Source: Longimicrobiales bacterium (GTDB lineage Bacteria; Gemmatimonadota; Gemmatimonadetes; Longimicrobiales; Gaopeijiaceae). Taken from it: DNA of 64,000 nt. The notes below the pieces were generated by a model. It made no database searches and was not told the DNA's origin. It saw only the letters and a program-made list of their open reading frames with translations. Shown piece after piece: positions 57,834 to 64,000 of the stretch. The stretch covers positions 1,856,001 to 1,920,000 of the forward strand of contig OZ241869.1 of NCBI GenBank assembly GCA_965202805.1. Reading direction: 5' to 3'. Numbering within the stretch: position 1 is the stretch's first letter; each line of letters begins with the position of its first letter. A program made the position numbers and the translations under genes.

Positions 57834-59588
57834 ATGGCATCGCACGACGGCAGGTCCGCATCGACCGTCCGCTACGAGCCCGACGAGCGGCCGCCGTGGC
57901 CGCTGGCGGTGGGGCTCGCGCTCCAGTACAGCATCCTGGCGCTCGGCGGCATCGTCCTGACGGTTGCGATCGTGCTTCGGAGCGCCCAGAGCGGCGAGGC
58001 CTACCTCGCCTGGGGGGCGTTCGGCGCCCTCATGGTCTGCGGGCTCGCCAGCATCGTCCAGGTAATGCGGCTGGGGCGCATGGGGTCCGGGTACGTGCTC
58101 ATCATGGGCACGTCGGGCGCCTTCATCGCGGTATCCGTGGCCGCGCTCGTGCAAGGGGGCCCCGCCCTGCTGACGACGCTGGTGATCGCGTCATCGCTCT
58201 TCCAGTTCCTGCTCGCGGGGCGCCTGTCGATTCTGCGCCGGATCATCACGCCGACGGTCGCCGGGACGGTGATCATGCTGATCGCGGTCAACGTGATGCC
58301 CTTCCTGTTCGATTTTCAGGACAACGTGCCGCCCGGCGCCTCGCCGCTCGCAGCACCCGTCACCGTGCTCGCCACGCTCATCGCGACCCTGGCCATCATG
58401 CTCAAGTTCACCGGGCCGGTGCGGCTGTGGGGACCGCTGATCGGGATCGGGGCCGGTTGTGCGGCCGCGTCGTACTTCGGTCTGATCGATACCACCACCC
58501 TGGCGCAGGCCGCCTGGGTCGGCGTGCCGGCGGCCGGCTGGCCGGGGCTGGGCCTCGACTTCAGCGCCGCCTTCTGGGCGATTCTGCCGGCCTACACCTT
58601 CGTCACCCTCGTGGGCGCGATCGAGACCGTCGGCGACGCGGTCGCCGTCCAGCGCGTCTCCTGGCGGGAACCGCGGGCCACGGACTATCGGGCGGTCCAG
58701 GGGGCGGTGGCCGCAGACGGCCTGGGCAACCTCCTCTCCGGACTCTTCGCCACGGTGCCCAACACGACCTATTCGAGCAGCGTCTCCATCGTCGAGATCA
58801 CGGGGATCGCGGCGCGCCGGGTGGGCGTGTGCATCGGGCTCATCTTCTGTGCGCTGGCCTTCCTGCCCAAGGTGACGGCGCTGCTGCTCATCATTCCGGA
58901 TCCGGTGATCGGCGCCTACGCCATGGTGATCATCGCCGTGCTCTTCGTGCTCGGCGCCAGAATCGTCGTGCAGGACGGCATGGACTACCGCAAGGCCACG
59001 ATCGTGGGCGTGTCCTTCTGGGTCGGGGCCGGGTTTCAGAGTGGAGCGATATCGACTGAAGGGCTGACGCCGTTCCTGCAACAGATGCTCAACAACGGGA
59101 TGACGTCGGGCGGGCTGACCGCGCTCGCGCTGACGGCGTTCATGGAGCTGACCGGGCCGAGGCGCGTGCGCATGGAGACCGCGCTCGAGGTCGGGTCGCT
59201 GCCGAAGATCCAGGAGTTCCTGGAGGGGTTCGCGAGCCGCAAGCGCCTCGGGGCGGAGACCGGGCTCCGGCTGGGGCACGCCGCCGAAGAGACGCTCCTG
59301 CTGCTCATCGAGGACGGCGAGGGCGAAGCGTCGGCCGGACAACGCCGGCTGCGCCTGACCGCGCGCACCGATTCGGGCGGGGTCGAGATGGAGTTCCTGG
59401 CCGCCAGCGGCGAAGGCAACATCGAGGACCGCATGGCGGTGCTCGGCGGGCACGCCGCGGAGGAGCCCGGGGAGCACGAGATCTCGCTGCGGCTCCTGCG
59501 GCACCTCGCGACATCCGTGCATCACCACAAGTACCAGGACGCCGACATCGTGACGGTGCGGGTCGAGGCGGCCACGGCGACGGGGTAG
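57834..59588 (+). CDS. NCS2 (xanthine/uracil) permease with a C-terminal soluble extension
   Basis: Y.PDERPP, AIETVGD, ADGLGN and PNTTYS motifs, plus about 140 extra C-terminal residues. Confidence 0.85.
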   Translation: MASHDGRSASTVRYEPDERPPWPLAVGLALQYSILALGGIVLTVAIVLRSAQSGEAYLAWGAFGALMVCGLASIVQVMRLGRMGSGYVLIMGTSGAFIAVSVAALVQGGPALLTTLVIASSLFQFLLAGRLSILRRIITPTVAGTVIMLIAVNVMPFLFDFQDNVPPGASPLAAPVTVLATLIATLAIMLKFTGPVRLWGPLIGIGAGCAAASYFGLIDTTTLAQAAWVGVPAAGWPGLGLDFSAAFWAILPAYTFVTLVGAIETVGDAVAVQRVSWREPRATDYRAVQGAVAADGLGNLLSGLFATVPNTTYSSSVSIVEITGIAARRVGVCIGLIFCALAFLPKVTALLLIIPDPVIGAYAMVIIAVLFVLGARIVVQDGMDYRKATIVGVSFWVGAGFQSGAISTEGLTPFLQQMLNNGMTSGGLTALALTAFMELTGPRRVRMETALEVGSLPKIQEFLEGFASRKRLGAETGLRLGHAAEETLLLLIEDGEGEASAGQRRLRLTARTDSGGVEMEFLAASGEGNIEDRMAVLGGHAAEEPGEHEISLRLLRHLATSVHHHKYQDADIVTVRVEAATATG

Positions 59589-59678
59589 CCCTCGAGCGGT
59601 GTGCGAGCGGCGCGGGTGGAGGCGGCCTGGCCCTCGCGCGGATCGAGCGTAGCGCGAGCGGTGCGGACCCGCGCCCGC

Positions 59679-60518
59679 TCAGGGAATCCTGATGGCCGCG
59701 CCCACGCCGGCGAAGAAGTCCTCCGCGGCATCGTTCAGCCCGACGCCGACCCGGATGTCCCATTGCGCATCATCGGCCGTGAGCCAGGTCAGGCCCGCGT
59801 TGAAGTAGTGCTCCTTCGGGGCATCGGTCCCCACGGGCAGAAACGCGTACCATTCGCCGTACACGCCGCCGCGCGTTCCGAGACCGGCTCCCGCGACCGC
59901 CGACTGGGCCCATTCGGGGTAGCCGTCGCCGCCCTCCGCGACGGCCAGGTTGACCTGCGTGCTGCCCGCCAGGGAGAGGCCTCCGGGCACATCCCAGCCG
60001 TAGGCGAGGTTCACGCCCGGCAGCACGCGTCCGCCGGAGAACAGGGTGCTGCCCGTGGGCAGGGTCATCTGCGGCACGAGCGCGAGCGCCGGAATGCGAC
60101 CCGCCTGCCGGGTGAGTCGGAGCTTGGCGCCCAGGTAGAGGTCTTCGATCCCGGTCTCGCTGGCCCCGTTCGCCTCCGAATCCACGCGGGTCACCGGGGT
60201 GGCCGCGACCCGGAATTCGAGCCAGTCCGCCGCGACACCCCTGCGCAGCAGCATTTCGCCCAGCTTGTGGGTGTGGACCGAATTGCCGCCGGACCAGTCG
60301 CCGCTGAACGCGTAACCGAACTCGATCTGAAGCACGCCCCGGCCCACGGTGGAAGTCCCCTCCGTGAAATCCGGCCGTTCGGCGGCCAGGGGGCGGGACG
60401 CCGGGGAGGTGGCCGGTGCCCGGGCAGGCTCCTGCGCGGATCCGTCCGCCGGGTGCCCGAGCATCGTGCCACCGGTCAGGGCGGCGAGCAGGCACGCGAG
60501 AATCAGTCGAGTGGTCAT
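59679..60518 (-). CDS. Outer-membrane transporter-like beta-barrel (MetA-pathway/COG4313-like)
   Basis: Signal peptide, ERPDFTEG..TV..G..QIE.G, DLYLGAK and LPTG motifs. Confidence 0.8.
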   Translation of the reverse strand: MTTRLILACLLAALTGGTMLGHPADGSAQEPARAPATSPASRPLAAERPDFTEGTSTVGRGVLQIEFGYAFSGDWSGGNSVHTHKLGEMLLRRGVAADWLEFRVAATPVTRVDSEANGASETGIEDLYLGAKLRLTRQAGRIPALALVPQMTLPTGSTLFSGGRVLPGVNLAYGWDVPGGLSLAGSTQVNLAVAEGGDGYPEWAQSAVAGAGLGTRGGVYGEWYAFLPVGTDAPKEHYFNAGLTWLTADDAQWDIRVGVGLNDAAEDFFAGVGAAIRIP

Positions 60519-60647
60519 GGCATCATCAAGGTAATCGGTCTGCCGGTTTGGCAGGCTTCCCCGGCGAAACCCGTCCGGGCCGAGTTGCGGCGGTGGGCAG
60601 ACCACCCCGGTTTTCCCGCCCGCCGCAATTGCCGCTAGTTTCAGGGC

Positions 60648-61925
60648 ATGAACAACGTCATCCGGGCATCCGTCCAGAGCCGTGGCCTTCCGCGCATCCT
60701 GCGAGGCTCCCTCGTGGTCGCGGCCCTGGCCGCCTGCGACGACCTCGGCCCCCAACCGCCCCTGGGATCTCCCGCGCGCCGTGCCGCGGTGCTCGCCATC
60801 TCCCCCGAGTCGGCGACGCTCTCGTCGCTGGGTGAGACGACCACGTTCAGCGCCGCCCTCACCGACCAGTTCGGGGAGGCGTTCGCGGGCACCGTCGGGT
60901 GGTCGAGCAGCGACCCGGGCGTGTTCACCGTGACCCCCACCGGAGTGGTCAGCGCCGTCGCGAACGGATCGGGTACGGTGACCGCGTCGTTCGAGGCGCT
61001 GAGCGCGACCGCGCAGGTGGTGGTGGCGCAGGCCCCCGCGGCCGTCGTGGTCGTGTCGGGGGGCGGGCAGGAGGGGATGGCGGGCGGCACGCTCGCCGAG
61101 GCGGTGGTGGTGCGGGTGGACGACGGGGGCGGCTCGCCGGTCGAGGGCGCCACCGTGACCTTCTCGGCCGCCGAGGGGCACGGGTCGGCCGACCCCGCCA
61201 CCGCGGCCACCGACGCGGCCGGCCTTGCCCGCACGACCTGGACGCTCGGCAACGCGGCCGGCGCGCAGACCCTCACGGCGGCGGCGGCCGCAGGAGTGTC
61301 GACCGACATCCGCGCGGCCGCGGGCGAGCTCCCCACCCCGCCCGACTCGGCCGCCTACAGCGTCGTCTTCGACGCCACCTGGAGCGCCGCCACCCACCCG
61401 AGGGACTTCCCGCGCAGCGCCCACTTCTCCGCGCTCATCGGGGCGGTGCACAACGACGGCGTCCGCTTCTGGGCAGGCGGCGAGACGGCCAGCGCCGGGA
61501 TCGAGAGCATGGCCGAGACCGGCGGGACCAGCACGCTCAGGTCGGAGATCCGCGCCCGGATCCCCGGCAACGCCCTCTCGGTCATCAGCGGACCCGGCCT
61601 CGGCACCAGCCCGGCCCGCGCGACCCTCTCCCGGTTGGTCGTCCGGGTGGAATACCCCCTCGTCACCCTGGTCACCATGATCGCCCCGAGCCCGGACTGG
61701 TTCGTGGGCGTGTCCGGGCTTTCGCTGATGGACGAGTTCGGGCAGTGGGTGGAGGAGATCGAGTTCACCCTCTACCCGTACGACTCCGGCACCGACGACG
61801 GCACCAGCTACAACTCCGCCAACGCCGACTCCTCCCCCAGACAGCCCATCCACAGCCTCCGCGGCGAAGCCCCCTTCTCGAGCGCGCCCATCGGAACGTT
61901 CACCTTCACGCGCATCGGGAGTTAG
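60648..61925 (+). CDS. Lipoprotein with Big_2/Big_1 Ig-like domains and a Spondin_N domain
   Basis: Lipobox LAA-C, WSSSD..V.TV...G.V.A, Y.V.F.ATWS..THP..FP..AHFS.LIG, MIAPSPDWFVGV and YD.GTD.G motifs. Confidence 0.88.
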   Translation: MNNVIRASVQSRGLPRILRGSLVVAALAACDDLGPQPPLGSPARRAAVLAISPESATLSSLGETTTFSAALTDQFGEAFAGTVGWSSSDPGVFTVTPTGVVSAVANGSGTVTASFEALSATAQVVVAQAPAAVVVVSGGGQEGMAGGTLAEAVVVRVDDGGGSPVEGATVTFSAAEGHGSADPATAATDAAGLARTTWTLGNAAGAQTLTAAAAAGVSTDIRAAAGELPTPPDSAAYSVVFDATWSAATHPRDFPRSAHFSALIGAVHNDGVRFWAGGETASAGIESMAETGGTSTLRSEIRARIPGNALSVISGPGLGTSPARATLSRLVVRVEYPLVTLVTMIAPSPDWFVGVSGLSLMDEFGQWVEEIEFTLYPYDSGTDDGTSYNSANADSSPRQPIHSLRGEAPFSSAPIGTFTFTRIGS

Positions 61926-62013
61926 CGGGCTCGGGTGCAGATCGGCGCCGTAGCGCGTATTATTTCACCAGTGTGCGCGACAACGCTCCCCCAACTCCGA
62001 CCGACCCACCGGC

Positions 62014-64000
62014 ATGAGCCCGAACGAACGCAATCACGGCGAGCCCGGCGGCCCGATCGCCTACATGGCGAGCAACGGCATTGCGGCCAATCTCCTGATG
62101 ATGGGCATCATCGCCGCCGGACTCGTGTCGCTGACGGGCCTCGACCGGGAAGCCTGGCCTACCACCCCCTTCTACCATATCGAAGTCTCGATGGCCTATC
62201 CCGGTGCCACGCCGGAGGAGATCCAGGAGTCGATCGTCGTCAAGATCGAGAATCAGGTCAGCGGGCTGGATGACGTGAGGGCGGTCAAGTCTGTAGCGGC
62301 CCCAGGCATGGCTTCCGTGCGGGTCCAAATGGATTCCCGTACAGACATGGCTCTGGCCCTGGACGATATCGAGTCTGCCGTCAATCGCATACAGTCCTTC
62401 CCGCTCGGCGCCGAACGTCCCCGGTTCCAGGAGATGGACAACCGCATGAGCATGATGCGGCTCATTGTCCACGGCGACATCTCCGAGCGCTCGCTGAAGG
62501 AGATTGCGTATCAGATCGAAGACGACCTCACCGCGCTGCCCTCCGTCTCCAAGGTCGAGGTCAGCGGCGTCCGGAACTACGAGATCTCCATCGAGGTGCC
62601 GCTTCGCCGCCTGAGAGCCCTCGGACTCACGCTCACCGATATCGCAGGTGCGATTCGACGCAGTTCGCTGGACCTGTCGGCCGGCAGCATCAATACGCGG
62701 GAGTCCCAGGTTCGGGTGCGAACCCTCGGGCAGAACTATAACCAGCAGGATTTCGAGGAGATCGCGGTTCTCAGCAGCCGCGACGGCACGGTCGTGCGCC
62801 TCGGCGATATAGGCAAGGTCCGCGACGGCTTCCAGGAAGCGGACCTGATCGTCCGCCATCAGAACCATCCCGCCCTTTTTGTCGAGGTCTATCGGGCCGG
62901 TGGCGAACATGTGATGGACGTGGCCACGACCGTCCGCGAGCACCTGGCGAACGAGGTGATTCCGGCACTGCCGGACGGCGTGGGCATCACCATTTGGAAC
63001 GACGAATCCCAGGCGTACGAGGAACGCGCCGATATTCTCCTGAAGAACGGTATCCTGGGCCTGTTGCTGGTGCTGATCGCCCTCAGCCTGTTCCTCCAGA
63101 TCCGGCTCGCCCTGTGGGTTGCCGTGGGCCTCGTCGTTTCGGGTATCGGCGCCCTCGCCGTAATGATGGCCTTCGACGTGGCGATCAACACCATCAGCCT
63201 GTTCTCCTTCGTCCTCGCCATAGGGATCGTCGTCGACGACGCCATCATTGTGGCCGAGCACATACAATCCGAACGCAGTCGGGGGGTACCCGGCGTCGCC
63301 GCGGCGATCCGCGGTGTCCGGAGGATCAAGGTACCACTGACGTTCGCAGTGCTCACCTCGGTAGCAGCCTTCGTCCCGCTGCTGTTTATCCCGGGCGGTG
63401 TCGGTGACGTATGGCGGGCCTTGCCGATCATCATGATCGCCATGCTGATGGTTTCCCTGGTGGAATCGCTGCTGGTGCTGCCCAACCACCTGTCGCACCT
63501 GCCCGGCCCGAACTGGGTGCCGGCCAATGCGTTCGACCGATTCTTCTCGCGGCTCCAGAGTCGCGTCGACTCGAGGCTGAGCCGGTTCGTGCAGGGGCCC
63601 CTCGACCGGGCCCTGCGGTACGCCACGGATCGGCCCGGCGTGACGATGTCGGGTGCCGTCGGAATACTCGTGCTGAGCATCGCCCTGCTGCCCGCGGGGA
63701 TCGTTCCCACGACGCTGGCCGACGACGTGGAAGGTGATTTCGTGACGGTCGTTCTGGAGATGCCCGATGGGGCCACCGCTCCAAGAACGTACGAAGTGGC
63801 GCGGGAGCTGGAGGCGGCGGGCCACCGGGTCATCGAACGGCTTTCCAGCGATCGGCCTGCGGATGCGCCACCTCTGCTGACCGGCGTTACGGTGACCGTC
63901 GGACTGGGATCGAGAATGGAGGGCGGACTCAACCCGGAGCCCACTCTCAATCCGCAGCCCAATATCGCCACCATCGAGTTCAAGCTCCTCGGCGCGCAGC
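62014..64000 (+). CDS. RND efflux permease (AcrB/AcrD/AcrF family), 3' end outside the window
   Basis: Not in the ORF track because it has no stop in the window. Translated by eye: IAANLLM..., YPGATPEEIQESI...IE and LAIGIVVDDAIIVAE. Confidence 0.9.
   Translation, partial: MSPNERNHGEPGGPIAYMASNGIAANLLMMGIIAAGLVSLTGLDREAWPTTPFYHIEVSMAYPGATPEEIQESIVVKIENQVSGLDDVRAVKSVAAPGMASVRVQMDSRTDMALALDDIESAVNRIQSFPLGAERPRFQEMDNRMSMMRLIVHGDISERSLKEIAYQIEDDLTALPSVSKVEVSGVRNYEISIEVPLRRLRALGLTLTDIAGAIRRSSLDLSAGSINTRESQVRVRTLGQNYNQQDFEEIAVLSSRDGTVVRLGDIGKVRDGFQEADLIVRHQNHPALFVEVYRAGGEHVMDVATTVREHLANEVIPALPDGVGITIWNDESQAYEERADILLKNGILGLLLVLIALSLFLQIRLALWVAVGLVVSGIGALAVMMAFDVAINTISLFSFVLAIGIVVDDAIIVAEHIQSERSRGVPGVAAAIRGVRRIKVPLTFAVLTSVAAFVPLLFIPGGVGDVWRALPIIMIAMLMVSLVESLLVLPNHLSHLPGPNWVPANAFDRFFSRLQSRVDSRLSRFVQGPLDRALRYATDRPGVTMSGAVGILVLSIALLPAGIVPTTLADDVEGDFVTVVLEMPDGATAPRTYEVARELEAAGHRVIERLSSDRPADAPPLLTGVTVTVGLGSRMEGGLNPEPTLNPQPNIATIEFKLLGAQ

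Noticed and set aside
61960..63983. Minus-strand ORFs 61960..63825 and 62889..63983
   Set aside because: They are antisense to the RND permease that runs off the window.
1..64000. tRNA, rRNA or riboswitch genes
   Set aside because: None were recognisable by eye. A covariance-model scan would be needed to exclude small RNAs.

Overview
This is a high-GC bacterial window. The gene content (SusC/SusD, S9 peptidases, 6-bladed propeller, FN3/Ig/cadherin/spondin surface proteins, DUF222-HNH) suggests a Gemmatimonadota-like, possibly sponge-associated organism; that is inference only. The first ~22 kb is an accessory surface-protein region. It holds two tail-to-tail paralogous autotransporters (the complete one with 7 FN3 domains) flanking a small GIY-YIG-like three-gene insert, and a 1545-aa surface lipoprotein with a perfect sigma54 promoter. 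Divergent from that lipoprotein is an AraC-like HTH regulator followed 2 nt later by an intact but catalytically dead TnpB homologue (TldR-like) that appears to keep an omegaRNA-like scaffold at its 3' end. This is the best candidate for an undescribed RNA-guided regulatory system. Next come a bactofilin coupled to a transposase-derived HTH, a head-on junction between a truncated GAF sensor and a truncated Ig/cadherin adhesin, an istB remnant, an 81-bp repeat array and a DUF222-HNH gene. The remaining ~42 kb is mostly metabolic, transport and housekeeping genes: S9 peptidases, SusCD, CapA, an MNT-HEPN toxin-antitoxin pair, an ECF sigma factor, Xaa-Pro peptidase, a VPS10/BNR protein, SulP, recQ, amidase, RidA, NCS2, a spondin lipoprotein and an RND permease. 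I saw no rRNA, tRNA or genuine CRISPR array. All product calls come from recognising motifs by eye, not from database searches.
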